60,454 bases of DNA from an uncultured Erysipelotrichaceae bacterium (GTDB lineage Bacteria; Bacillota_I; Bacilli_A; RF39; UBA660). The position numbers were made by a program, and so were the translations under genes. The first letter of the stretch is position 1; every line of letters begins with the position of its first letter. The stretch is from the NCBI GenBank assembly GCA_902801685.1, contig CADCIZ010000002.1, forward strand, positions 1-60,454, read 5' to 3'. The notes beneath the pieces are model-generated. The model was not told the origin of the DNA. It made no database searches and saw nothing but the letters and a program-made list of their open reading frames with translations. Positions 29,129 to 39,375 of the stretch are shown piece after piece.

Positions 29129-30109
29129 CTATCCATATAAGAATTCACCTGTACCTTGATTTGTATAAAATTCTTTTGTTACGGTATCATATAATCCAGG
29201 TTTATTATCAGATTTACGATAACATGGTTGAAAATGTCTACTAATATTTGTTCCATCTTCCCATATCCATAATTCATATAACTTAATGCTCGATAAACTT
29301 AATGAATTATAATACGCACCAAAAACTATTGCAGTAGAAGTCGTTTCAAAATTTGAACTTGGATTAGTATAATACAAGTTGTTATTAACATATTGATTCA
29401 CACCATTTCTCTCAAACTCAACAATATTTGTTGAAGGTATTATACTTTGTGATTCATTAGATTGTGGTTTCCATGTATCACCATATAGCGTTTGAATTTT
29501 TGCGTTTGTCGTACCATCTTGAGTAGTTAAAATCCAACCCTTAGAAATATCATGAGCATCTCCAAATACTCTTGCAGTTGATGAACCTGCAGAATATTGA
29601 TATTTAATTTTAACTCTACTATTTTGATTTAATTTAATGCCGGTATCAATATACTGTGTTCCTGTACTTTCTATATAATCAACTTCAGTATACCCATTCC
29701 CATTATAATCACAATAATCTTGTTCACAAGGTGGAATATATACTGCACTACACTCTTTCTTATCTACTATCTCATACTTAAAACCTTTATTATAAGTTAT
29801 TTTGACACTCTTTGTATTAGTTATATCTACATCATCTGTAACATTCTTTACAGGGGATTCTAGATATTCTTTTTTAGTTAGTGTACTAATAGGTAAGCAA
29901 TAAGTATTATTATCAGTTTTATCAAACTTATCATGATTATCTGCTACATAACTCTTTGCTGCTGCTAGTACTATATTATTTGTTGTAGTATCTACATCTG
30001 TTTTCTTATTTTTAAGTGATGTTGCTATTTTAGGTATAACTAGTATAAATATTAATCCTATAATTGTAACAACTGCAAGTATCTCTATTAACGTAAATCC
30101 TTTTTTCAT
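29129..30109 (-). CDS. Type IV prepilin-like protein with large C-terminal beta-rich domain
   Basis: KKG|FTLIEILAVV class III signal; C-terminal YIESTGTQYIDTG..PCYRKSD..GLYDTV..FY. Confidence 0.8.
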   Translation of the reverse strand: MKKGFTLIEILAVVTIIGLIFILVIPKIATSLKNKKTDVDTTTNNIVLAAAKSYVADNHDKFDKTDNNTYCLPISTLTKKEYLESPVKNVTDDVDITNTKSVKITYNKGFKYEIVDKKECSAVYIPPCEQDYCDYNGNGYTEVDYIESTGTQYIDTGIKLNQNSRVKIKYQYSAGSSTARVFGDAHDISKGWILTTQDGTTNAKIQTLYGDTWKPQSNESQSIIPSTNIVEFERNGVNQYVNNNLYYTNPSSNFETTSTAIVFGAYYNSLSLSSIKLYELWIWEDGTNISRHFQPCYRKSDNKPGLYDTVTKEFYTNQGTGEFLYG

Positions 30110-30118
30110 ACAATCCCT

Positions 30119-30808
30119 CTAATTCTTAAATATTTCAAAGTATTCTCCACTATCTAGATATAGTATACCTTTCTTATCTCCTAGTGTAGATACTATTTCA
30201 TCATAATCGTTTATTTTATCAAATTTTGATAATGTTAAATATACATATATTCCATCATTCATAGTTAAATAGAATCTTTCATTATCTATACCATTAGAAT
30301 CATATTTGATCTCTGAAATACGTTCTAATATATCTAAATCTACTGTTCTTAATGCATTTATAAAATCATTATATATATCATCTGGTATATCATTAGTAAC
30401 TATAGGTACTATATGCTTATCATTTGTAGTTTTTAAGTTATATAGATATGTTTTATCATGATAATAGAATAATGGATAGTTTTCATATACTTCTATATAT
30501 ACTTGATTAAAAAATCCTTTTTTATATACTTTAGCTTTTCTAATATATAAGTTTTTCTCTAACTTAGTTTTTATAGATAATGTATTAGCATCTATTATCG
30601 TTGGATAATCTTTTAATCGTGCTATATCTATAATCTCTTCATCAGATAAGTAATTATTGTTTTTAATATATATATTAGTAATATGAGTATTAAGTACTGT
30701 AAATACAGTTATAAATATTATAATAATTATTACTAAAAATATAATTAAAGCCTTCTTCTTTAATCTACGCTTAGATTTATTCCTTTTATTCTTTTTTTTC
30801 ATAAGCAC
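30119..30808 (-). CDS. divIB: Cell division protein DivIB/FtsQ
   Basis: Basic N-terminus, single TM, POTRA-like region; position in dcw cluster. Confidence 0.8.
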   Translation of the reverse strand: MLMKKKNKRNKSKRRLKKKALIIFLVIIIIIFITVFTVLNTHITNIYIKNNNYLSDEEIIDIARLKDYPTIIDANTLSIKTKLEKNLYIRKAKVYKKGFFNQVYIEVYENYPLFYYHDKTYLYNLKTTNDKHIVPIVTNDIPDDIYNDFINALRTVDLDILERISEIKYDSNGIDNERFYLTMNDGIYVYLTLSKFDKINDYDEIVSTLGDKKGILYLDSGEYFEIFKN

Positions 30809-31705
30809 CTATTCTACAAATTCTTGTTCAACCTTTAAATCAATATTATATTTCTCTTTTACTTTAGATTTAATCTCCTTAATAAGTTTCTTAATATCAT
30901 CACCACTCGCATTACCTTTGTTTATAATAAAATTAGCATGTTTTAAACTAACCATCGCATCCCCTATAGAATATCCTTTATATCCAATTTCTTCTATAAG
31001 TCTTCCTGCATAATCTCCATCTGGATTTCTAAATACAGATCCTGCTGATGGATATTCTAGTGGTTGTGATTCTATTCTTCTTTGTTTTCTATCTTTTATT
31101 ACTTCCATTATTGCATCTGTATCACCTTTACGAAGTAATAGTGTTGCTTCTAAACATATATAACCACTCACTTTTTGTAAGAAACTACTACGATAGTGGA
31201 AATCTAAATCTTGATTAGTAAGTATTTTAATCTCTAGATTAGGATCTAATACTTTTACTGTAGTAGTAATATAACCCATGTCCATCTTATAGGCTCCTGC
31301 ATTCATGTATATTGCCCCACCTACAGTACCTGGTATACCTGATGCAAACTCTAATCCAGTAAGTCCTCTACGTGCCGTACGAAGTGCGAGTTTAGTTAAA
31401 GGATATCCTGCACCTACAGTAACATAGTTATCATTAAATTCTAACTTATTAAAGTTATCTAATTTTATTAATATACCATTATATAATGAATCTGAGAATA
31501 TTAAGTTAGAACCATTACCTAGTATTTTATGTTTAATTTTATTATCTTTTAAGAATTTAAGTAATTTAATCAAACCTCTTACATCATCAGGAATAACAAT
31601 ACCAAGAGCCTTACCACCTGCTTTATAAGTAGTGTATTCTCTCATATCTGCATTCTTAATAACTTCTCCAATATTTAATTTTTCTATTTCTTCTATTATT
31701 TCCAT
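30809..31705 (-). CDS. murB: UDP-N-acetylmuramate dehydrogenase
   Basis: LGNGSNL, GIPGTVGGAIYMNAGAY, QPLEYPSAGSVFRNP, HANFIIN. Confidence 0.96.
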   Translation of the reverse strand: MEIIEEIEKLNIGEVIKNADMREYTTYKAGGKALGIVIPDDVRGLIKLLKFLKDNKIKHKILGNGSNLIFSDSLYNGILIKLDNFNKLEFNDNYVTVGAGYPLTKLALRTARRGLTGLEFASGIPGTVGGAIYMNAGAYKMDMGYITTTVKVLDPNLEIKILTNQDLDFHYRSSFLQKVSGYICLEATLLLRKGDTDAIMEVIKDRKQRRIESQPLEYPSAGSVFRNPDGDYAGRLIEEIGYKGYSIGDAMVSLKHANFIINKGNASGDDIKKLIKEIKSKVKEKYNIDLKVEQEFVE

Positions 31706-31707
31706 AA

Positions 31708-32796
31708 CTACTTCCTATCTATTAGTTTTTTAATATTATTATAAATAATAGTCGCACTGTCATTTACTTGCATGCTTTCCAAATTCTTTTTCATATCTAA
31801 ATAATATTTTTTATCATTTAATAATTTATTAATATTTGAATCAATATTATCAAATGTTAAATTTTTTTCTTCTACCATTAAAGCAGCATTTTTATTTACT
31901 AAATCTAAGGCATTTTTATATTGATGATTATTAGGTACAAATGGAGATGGTATTAATATTGATGGTACAGTAAGTGCTATTATCTCACTTAATGTAGATG
32001 CTCCTGCTCTAGTTATTAAAATATCAGTATCTTTAAATAATCCAGCAAGATTATCTAAGTATGGTAATAGTTTTACATTGCTAGGATGTTTAATAGATTT
32101 AATATCTTCATAATTATTCTTACCAGTAATATATAATACTTCATACTTTTTATCACTAAATTTGCCTATATTTTCTTTCATAAATGTATGAACGTTTTCT
32201 GCACCTAATGATCCCATTACTACAACTACTAATTTCTTTGTTTTAGAGAAGCCTAAAGTAGTTTTATCTATCTTTTTAACTTTCAATGCATTCTCTCCAC
32301 AAGGATTACCAGTAAATATTACTTTTTTAGTTGGAAATTCACCCATCGATGATTTTAATGATACACCTATTAAATCTACGCAATCTGCCATCATTAAGTT
32401 AGCCTTACCAGCTACACTATTTTGTTCATGAATAAAGGTCTTATAACCTAATTTGTGCGCAGTTGTAATTACAGGAAATGTAATATATCCCCCTACTCCA
32501 ATTACTATATCAGGATTAAATTCTTTAATAATTTTCTTTAACTCTCTTTTACTTTTAAATAAGCATTTAATTGTTTTAAAGTTTTTAAATATATTTTTTC
32601 TATTAAATCCATACATTTCAATACCAATAAATGGAATATCATACTTAGGTACAATATCTTTTTCCATACGATTATGTGTACCTATATATAAAAACTCACT
32701 CTTTGGTTCTTTTTCTTTTATACAATTTACTATAGCTAAAGCCGGATAGATATGTCCACCAGTTCCTCCTGCACTTATAATTACTCTCATATGCAC
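31708..32796 (-). CDS. murG: Lipid I N-acetylglucosaminyltransferase
   Basis: GGTGGHIYPA, GGY, HEQN, GSLGA, RAGASTLSE, HQYKNA. Confidence 0.96.
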   Translation of the reverse strand: MHMRVIISAGGTGGHIYPALAIVNCIKEKEPKSEFLYIGTHNRMEKDIVPKYDIPFIGIEMYGFNRKNIFKNFKTIKCLFKSKRELKKIIKEFNPDIVIGVGGYITFPVITTAHKLGYKTFIHEQNSVAGKANLMMADCVDLIGVSLKSSMGEFPTKKVIFTGNPCGENALKVKKIDKTTLGFSKTKKLVVVVMGSLGAENVHTFMKENIGKFSDKKYEVLYITGKNNYEDIKSIKHPSNVKLLPYLDNLAGLFKDTDILITRAGASTLSEIIALTVPSILIPSPFVPNNHQYKNALDLVNKNAALMVEEKNLTFDNIDSNINKLLNDKKYYLDMKKNLESMQVNDSATIIYNNIKKLIDRK

Positions 32797-32883
32797 TCTC
32801 CTACTTAATTATATCATGCTTTTTATATTTTTTTACAATAAAATTAAAGGTAGTGTTAAACTACCTTTATAAAATATTGAGTA

Positions 32884-33070
32884 CTATTTTTTTATTGCCC
32901 ATTGTCCTGTCTTATTTGAACCTATTCTTTCAATTAATCCCTTATCAATGAGATTTTTTATATTCCTTTGAACTGTTCTAACATTAACATCTAACAATCT
33001 TGCAATTGTTTCTTGATTAATTCTTGGTGATTCTTCAATTAGTTTTATATATAATTCATCCTCTTTTCAT
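32884..33070 (-). pseudogene. Winged-HTH fragment with out-of-frame ATG
   Basis: KEDELYIKLIEESPRINQETIARLLDVNVRTVQRNIKNLIDKGLIERIGSNKTGQWAIKK-stop (33066-32884); ATG at 33070 is one base out of frame. Confidence 0.7.
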
Positions 33071-33116
33071 AAATGATCTAAACTGATTATAGAACTTAAA
33101 ATTTTAATTATCAATG

Positions 33117-33159
33117 AAATGTCAGGATAAATGTCGGGATAAATGTCGGGATAAATGTT
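33117..33159 (+). repeat. 12-bp tandem repeat, about 3.5 copies
   Basis: AAATGTCAGGAT AAATGTCGGGAT AAATGTCGGGAT AAATGTT. Confidence 0.9.
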
Positions 33160-33226
33160 AAAAGAAAAAACTAGATTTAATACTAGTTATTAAAAGAAAA
33201 ATTTCATGTTCTTTTATGACATCACA

Positions 33227-34567
33227 TCATTTATCCTTCTCTCTTAAAAATCTTTTTAGCAAGAAAGTTAAGAAATAAGGAAATGTATAAAATTTACCAT
33301 TAAATCCAATATTCTTATTACATAGTTTTATACCATATTTAATCTCTTTATATTTATCGTTTTCAATTAGATTATTTAATGATGGAGTAGAATTATCATT
33401 AGCTTTTACTTCTACAGGAATTAGTGAATTAGTATCTCTAACAAAGAAATCCATTTCTATAGTTCCTTTTTCATTCCTATAAAAATAGAGAGAATAACCT
33501 TCCTTAACAAGCATATCTCCAACTATATTTTCATAAATTGCACCTTTATATGTATTAAAATTTTTGTTATTTCTAAGATCGTTTTGTGATTCGTCGTCCA
33601 ATGAACCAATTAGTAATCCTGTATCTCTAAAATATATTCTATAATTATCAGGATTATAATTTCCTTTAAGAGGTAACTCAAGCATCTCAAGTGAATGACA
33701 TACATTTATTATTCCAGCATTGTTAAGCCATTCTACTGTACCAATATATTCACGATTTCTAGCACCGTGTTCAACTTTTGATATCTGAAATTTTTTATTT
33801 TCTTTTCCTAAAAATACAGGTATTTTTCTATAAATATTGAGTATTCGTGCTTGATCAAGACCTTTTGCATATTTTGTAATATCTTCTTCATAGTCAAGTA
33901 TAATTTGTTCTTGCAAGTCTAGAATTCCACTATAGTTTTTATTTGTCACAAATGTATTAACAATTTCCGGCATACCACCAATCACCATATACTCGTGAAA
34001 ATTATCCATCATTACATCATACATTACCTGTGACATAGGCTCACATTTAATCATATATGAATACATATCCTCTATTTGAGAATCTTTATATCCTTTTGCC
34101 CAAAGAAATTCCTCAAAATCCATAGAATACATTTCATAATCTTGCTTATTTCCGACACTATTAGATTCTATCTCATTGTAGTTAATCCCCATCAGAGAAC
34201 CAGAACATATTACGTCGTATCTCCTATCAATGTTAAATGCTTTAAGTGAAGTTGCTGTATTAATACAATCCTGCATTTCATCAAAGAATATTAATGTTTT
34301 ATAAGGTACAAATTTAGCATCTCGATTCATTAACGAAATGTTTCGTAATATTGTATCAACATCAAATCCATCATCAAATATCGTTTTATATTTTTTTTCT
34401 ATAGCAAAATTTATTTCTATAACATTTTCGTAATTCTTATTTGCAAAATTCAATATCGCATCAGTTTTTCCAATTTGTCTTGCACCTTTTATAATTAAGG
34501 GTTTTCTGTTTTTATTATTTTTCCATTCAATCAAAAAATCATCAACTTTTCTTCTTAGTCTTGCCAT
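33227..34567 (-). CDS. AAA_14 / DUF4143-type ATP-binding protein
   Basis: GARQIGKT, FFDEMQ, CSGSL, GGMPE, DTGLL, YENIV, EMDFF, PVEVKA; start moved to MARL at 34567. Confidence 0.87.
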   Translation of the reverse strand: MARLRRKVDDFLIEWKNNKNRKPLIIKGARQIGKTDAILNFANKNYENVIEINFAIEKKYKTIFDDGFDVDTILRNISLMNRDAKFVPYKTLIFFDEMQDCINTATSLKAFNIDRRYDVICSGSLMGINYNEIESNSVGNKQDYEMYSMDFEEFLWAKGYKDSQIEDMYSYMIKCEPMSQVMYDVMMDNFHEYMVIGGMPEIVNTFVTNKNYSGILDLQEQIILDYEEDITKYAKGLDQARILNIYRKIPVFLGKENKKFQISKVEHGARNREYIGTVEWLNNAGIINVCHSLEMLELPLKGNYNPDNYRIYFRDTGLLIGSLDDESQNDLRNNKNFNTYKGAIYENIVGDMLVKEGYSLYFYRNEKGTIEMDFFVRDTNSLIPVEVKANDNSTPSLNNLIENDKYKEIKYGIKLCNKNIGFNGKFYTFPYFLTFLLKRFLREKDK

Positions 34568-34794
34568 TTTATCAACCTCCATTCAAATTATATCACATTT
34601 TTCCGCCATAATCAACGTTCGTTATCACATTTTTCTAAGCGTTGCTATTGTTATTATATAGTTTTATAACATATTCTTCTCATTATACTTTTTTAAAGTA
34701 GTAGGTGTTATTTCATTTTACAATCATTTTGAACAATATTTTATATTACTATAAGATTTATTCAAAATCTTTTGTTTATATACTAATTAAAATA

Positions 34795-34842
34795 AAATGT
34801 CGTAAGAAATGTCATAACAAGTGCCGTAAGAAATGTCGTAAG
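34795..34842 (+). repeat. 12-bp tandem repeat, 4 copies
   Basis: AAATGTCGTAAG AAATGTCATAAC AAGTGCCGTAAG AAATGTCGTAAG. Confidence 0.85.
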
Positions 34843-34923
34843 AAAAAGCACTTTTCAATACGTTATTATCCAATAATCACAAAATTCACCATATTTTAAT
34901 ACCTAATTTACACATTTTACGAT

Positions 34924-36702
34924 TTAAAACCCACTTCTTTTAAATAGTTTTTCTAAATCAGATTTAGTATATGTAATAATAGTAGGCCTACCATGTGGAC
35001 AGTTAAATGGATTATCACATCCTCTTAAATCTTCTATTAAGTTTTTAGCCTCATCCATAGTAATAGATGTATTTGCTTTAATAGATGCTTTACATGCTAA
35101 AGTAGCAGCCAAATGGTCATTAAATCTTTGTAAATTAAAGTCTTTTTCTTTATTAATAACTGCTTCTATTATTCTTTTAATTACCTCATTTACATTATCT
35201 TTTATCCAAGTCGGATGTTCTTTTACTATAATTGTATTAAGACCAAACTCTTCAATCGTAAATCCCATATTAGTTAACAGGCTCATATTCTTCTCTAGTA
35301 TTATATATTCATTATTAGGTATTTCTAATGTAAGTGGTACAAGCATAGTCATTTTCGTATTAGAAGTTGCAAGTTTTTCTTTAAATATCTCGTAATTAAC
35401 TCTTTCTTTAGCAGCATGCTGATCAATTAAATACATACCTATTTCATTTTGACAGATGATATATGTACCCCAAACTAGTCCTACTGGATAAAGTATAGGA
35501 AGTCTATCACTCTTCTTTTTATCTTCTAAATCTAAAGTATCACTATTATCATTAGTTAAATCATCATTAACTACATATTCTTCAAAATCTAATGTTTGTT
35601 CTTCAATATTATATTTAGTTTTTCTCTCATTTACTGTATTAATATTTTCATGATAATCATATTCTATTTTGTTAATCTTAAAGGTTTCAATAGGTTCTTC
35701 TTTAGCGTTCGGGATTAATGTTTTAACTTTAATCTTATCTTTAATCATGTTTGTTACAAGTTCTATTAACTCATCTAATTTAGAAAACTTAATATCCATT
35801 TTAGTTGGATGAATATTTACATCAACTAGTGTTGTATCTACCTCTATATTTAAAACTACTATTGGATAATAATTATCTGGTTTATATGAATGATATGCTT
35901 CATTAATAGAGCTATTTAACTTACTATTCTTAACTATTCTTCCATTTACTATAGTAATAATACTATTATTACGAGATCTATATACCTCAGGTAAACTTAT
36001 ATATCCTGTTATCTCATAATCAGCAGATTCAGTATAAACGGATAACATCTTACGACTAACTCCAACTCCATAAATGCTATTAATTACTTTAAGCAAATTA
36101 CCAGATCCATCTGTTTGCAATAATACCTTGGAATCATTAATTAAAGTAAACCTAATATCAGGATGAGATAAGGCTAGTTTATTCATATAATCTGTAATAT
36201 GAGCAAGTTCAGTATATAGACTCTTTAAGTATTTTAATCTAGCTGGAGTATTAAAGAATAAGTCATTTACTTCAATTATTGTACCAATTCTTGCATCACC
36301 ATTTTTAACATCAATTATCTTTCCGCCTTCAATATTTACAATAGTTCCAATATCAGATGCACAAGTAGTTAGTTTTACTTTAGATACTGATGCAATAGAA
36401 GCAAGAGCTTCACCTCTAAAACCTAAAGTATTTATGCGGAATAAATCTTCTTCAGTTTTTAATTTACTTGTTGCATGACGCAAAAAACAATTAACTGCAT
36501 CTTCCTTATCCATACCTTTACCATTATCAGTTACGCGAATCATTTTAACTCCTGATTCAATTAATTCAACTTTAATATCATTACTATTAGCATCTATACT
36601 ATTTTCTACTAACTCTTTTACAACTGATGCACATCTTTCTACAACTTCTCCCGCTGCAATCTTATTTGCTAATATTGTATCCATTACTTTAATTATTGCC
36701 AT
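34924..36702 (-). CDS. mutL: DNA mismatch repair endonuclease MutL
   Basis: NKIAAGEVVER, GFRGEAL, DVNIHPTK, DQHAAKER, ACK, CPHGRP. Confidence 0.97.
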   Translation of the reverse strand: MAIIKVMDTILANKIAAGEVVERCASVVKELVENSIDANSNDIKVELIESGVKMIRVTDNGKGMDKEDAVNCFLRHATSKLKTEEDLFRINTLGFRGEALASIASVSKVKLTTCASDIGTIVNIEGGKIIDVKNGDARIGTIIEVNDLFFNTPARLKYLKSLYTELAHITDYMNKLALSHPDIRFTLINDSKVLLQTDGSGNLLKVINSIYGVGVSRKMLSVYTESADYEITGYISLPEVYRSRNNSIITIVNGRIVKNSKLNSSINEAYHSYKPDNYYPIVVLNIEVDTTLVDVNIHPTKMDIKFSKLDELIELVTNMIKDKIKVKTLIPNAKEEPIETFKINKIEYDYHENINTVNERKTKYNIEEQTLDFEEYVVNDDLTNDNSDTLDLEDKKKSDRLPILYPVGLVWGTYIICQNEIGMYLIDQHAAKERVNYEIFKEKLATSNTKMTMLVPLTLEIPNNEYIILEKNMSLLTNMGFTIEEFGLNTIIVKEHPTWIKDNVNEVIKRIIEAVINKEKDFNLQRFNDHLAATLACKASIKANTSITMDEAKNLIEDLRGCDNPFNCPHGRPTIITYTKSDLEKLFKRSGF

Positions 36703-36783
36703 AATTCTTACTCCTTAACAATTTACAAATTTATTTTAACACGTATTATAGTTTGTAATCAATAGAAAAAATTATGAAATTAA

Positions 36784-37263
36784 TCATAACTTTTTAATCA
36801 TTTGCTTTTCAATTGTTTTATTATCATTCATCATTAATTTATTAAGATATTCTTTTATATATTCTGGTCTATCTAATATCTCTTCTTTAAAACCATTAAT
36901 TATTACTTCCTTTACATCTATACCCAAAGCTAATTCAAACCAAGCAGCTACAATATGACGATGACAGAACTCATTATGTTCTTCATAACATAATAATATA
37001 GAGTTATCTAACTTTTCATATATTTGTTTAGGATTTAATGGTTTTAAAACTTGCTCATAGAACTCTTTCATATAATACTCATTATTGGTTACTTCATCAA
37101 TTAAACCTCGATTATGTCTCCAAGTTTTAAAGAACTCACGTTTAGGGGCTAGTGTTAAAAAGTAATCCCCTACATAATTTGCATCTTTACCTTTATCACG
37201 AGATATAGAATATACTTGATACTTATCAGTATGACAATTATTATAATTACTTGTTTTAATCAT
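36784..37263 (-). CDS. DUF488-like protein
   Basis: TSNY..SISR..LAP..LLCYE..FCHRHIVA. Confidence 0.75.
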   Translation of the reverse strand: MIKTSNYNNCHTDKYQVYSISRDKGKDANYVGDYFLTLAPKREFFKTWRHNRGLIDEVTNNEYYMKEFYEQVLKPLNPKQIYEKLDNSILLCYEEHNEFCHRHIVAAWFELALGIDVKEVIINGFKEEILDRPEYIKEYLNKLMMNDNKTIEKQMIKKL

Positions 37264-37268
37264 TCAAA

Positions 37269-38290
37269 TCACTCCTTATCACAACATACTTTTTCTGTTT
37301 CATAAACTAATTTATCAAAGTCAGATATATAATTTCTATCTTGAATAACTGCATACTTATCATATTCACCCTCAGCTTTTTTCATAGCTTTATCATGGCT
37401 TATTTTTCCTTTACCTTTTAGTACATCATACATGTTAATTTTAAATACTTCTTCTAAAGATGTTACCCAATCATAATCGCCATTGGTATATGACGAGTTG
37501 CTCTATTTTCAGCAATATCAAGATAGATATTAACTAAATCATTTAGTTCTTTTAACTCTTTTTCATCCAAATAATTTTTAGCAATTCTAACATCACTTTT
37601 TAAAATTTTACCATTAGGGGAATTTTTCCAATTAGTAAGACCTAAATGTTCCTTAGTAGAATCAACTCTATCATATATTATTTCTGCAGCAGTTTGATGG
37701 GATATTGCATAATGAAATTTATTTTGAATTGTCTTATAAAACGTTTTAGCAGTCTCACTATCTTTAATATAATCAATACTACATTCAGCAAATATATCAG
37801 TAATTTTTTGATAAAACATTCTTTCACTAACTCTAATTAGTTTTATTCTTTCAAGTAATTCATCAAAATATTTTTGATCATTTCTATTTGCTTTCATGAA
37901 TCTTTCGTCATTAAGAATAAATCCTTTTTTAATATACTCTTTTAATATCCTATTTGCCCAAGTTCTAAATTTGATTGCTTTTTTTGAATTAACTCTAAAA
38001 CCTATTGAAATAATCATATCAAGATTATAATATTTGGTTTTATAAGTTTGTAATCCATCATTACCCACATGTTCCATTTTGGAACATGTGCCTATTTCTT
38101 TTAATTCATCATCCCTATAAATATTGTTTATATGCTTCACTATTGCAGGCCTTTGTACATCAAAAAGTTCTGCAATTGCATTTGTATTTAACCATACATC
38201 TTCATCATTTAAAAGCACTTCAATTTTTAAATTATCATTATCATCTTCATAAAATATGATATCATTTTTCTTTTTAATAATATTCTCCAT
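37269..38290 (-). pseudogene. RhuM-family protein with frameshift near 37475
   Basis: RhuM motifs (VWLN..AELF, YNLDMIISIGFRVNS, IRVSERMFYQKITDI, QNKFHYA); C-terminus DWVTSLE..GKISHDKAMKKAEGEY..SDFDK continues in another frame to a stop at 37269. Confidence 0.8.
38066..38090. repeat. 25-bp intragenic palindrome
   Basis: CACATGTTCCA-TTT-TGGAACATGTG, 11-bp arms. Confidence 0.95.
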
Positions 38291-38341
38291 AAAGTCTCCT
38301 GAAATATTCATATTAAGAAAAATCTATAGATTGCTATAGAT

Positions 38342-39154
38342 TCACTCATACTTACTATCAACACCTAAATAACTTTCTAAACTAATCCAGTTACCATTAT
38401 TATATAGTTTTTTAGCAAGTTCAACTCCCACATATCTAAAATGCCATGCTTCATAATTATAACCGGTCTCTGTCTCTTTATCTTTAGGAAATCTTAAGAT
38501 AAATCCATAATCAGCAACATGTTCATTTACCCAAGCACCAGTTGGTGTTTCTAAGAAGTTCTTATTAGTTCCATTAAGGTCAAAGCATAAACCGCTTTGA
38601 TGTTCAGAATACCCTGCACGTGCAGAATAAGTATCTGCTGCATCAATTCCATCTCTAGCAGCATAATTATTATATAAATCAACTTGTACTTTATAAGAAC
38701 GATATCCACTAGTTATTTTAAGTTCATATCCTGCATCTTTAGCTGATTCTTTCATACTAATGAATTTCTCCATTACTGTTTTATCTAAATAATCTGGGCC
38801 ATATAAATAATCACTAGTAATCTCTTTATATGGTTCTTTAGGTTCATAAGTACTATCAAGCGGGTATGATTTATTTACTATAAGTATTCCATCTACATAA
38901 TAAGCACCTTCATATTTAGTTAAATGCATGCCCGTTGTAGTTTTACTAATCAGCTCTTCTCCTTCACGCAAGTCATAATTATCCTTAGTTTTTTCTTTAG
39001 ATACTTTTTTAGTTGTTGTAGTATTGTTAGTTTTTACCTTAGTTTTATTATTCTTTGGTACTAATTTAATAATACCTATAATTAATCCTAATATAACTAC
39101 CACAACTAATACCAGTATAATAATTGGACCTTTTTTTATTCTTCGCCTTTTCAT
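38342..39154 (-). CDS. M15B D-Ala-D-Ala carboxypeptidase (VanY/LdcB-like)
   Basis: N-terminal TM; SGYRS, SARAGYSEHQSGL..D, YEAWHFRYVG. Confidence 0.88.
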   Translation of the reverse strand: MKRRRIKKGPIIILVLVVVVILGLIIGIIKLVPKNNKTKVKTNNTTTTKKVSKEKTKDNYDLREGEELISKTTTGMHLTKYEGAYYVDGILIVNKSYPLDSTYEPKEPYKEITSDYLYGPDYLDKTVMEKFISMKESAKDAGYELKITSGYRSYKVQVDLYNNYAARDGIDAADTYSARAGYSEHQSGLCFDLNGTNKNFLETPTGAWVNEHVADYGFILRFPKDKETETGYNYEAWHFRYVGVELAKKLYNNGNWISLESYLGVDSKYE

Positions 39155-39156
39155 AA

Positions 39157-39375
39157 TTACTCCACATCAAAGTCTTTAATCTCATTATTTTCAGTAACTA
39201 TCTTACTAACTTGTTCATCTATCTTCTTTAACTTCTCATCACAAGACTTAACTAAACTCATAGCTTTAGTATACTTTTCAATAGATGTATCTAAATCAAC
39301 TTCTCCGTTTTCAAGTTCATTAATAATTGTTTCTAATTCTTTTATTTGATCTTCAAATTTTACAACTTTTTCCAT
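39157..39375 (-). CDS. xseB: Exodeoxyribonuclease VII small subunit
   Basis: FEDQIKELETIINELENGEVDLD; adjacent to xseA. Confidence 0.9.
   Translation of the reverse strand: MEKVVKFEDQIKELETIINELENGEVDLDTSIEKYTKAMSLVKSCDEKLKKIDEQVSKIVTENNEIKDFDVE

Noticed and set aside
34705-34899. 64-aa Cys/Lys-repeat ORF
   Set aside because: Arises from the 12-bp repeat; weak start and no recognisable family
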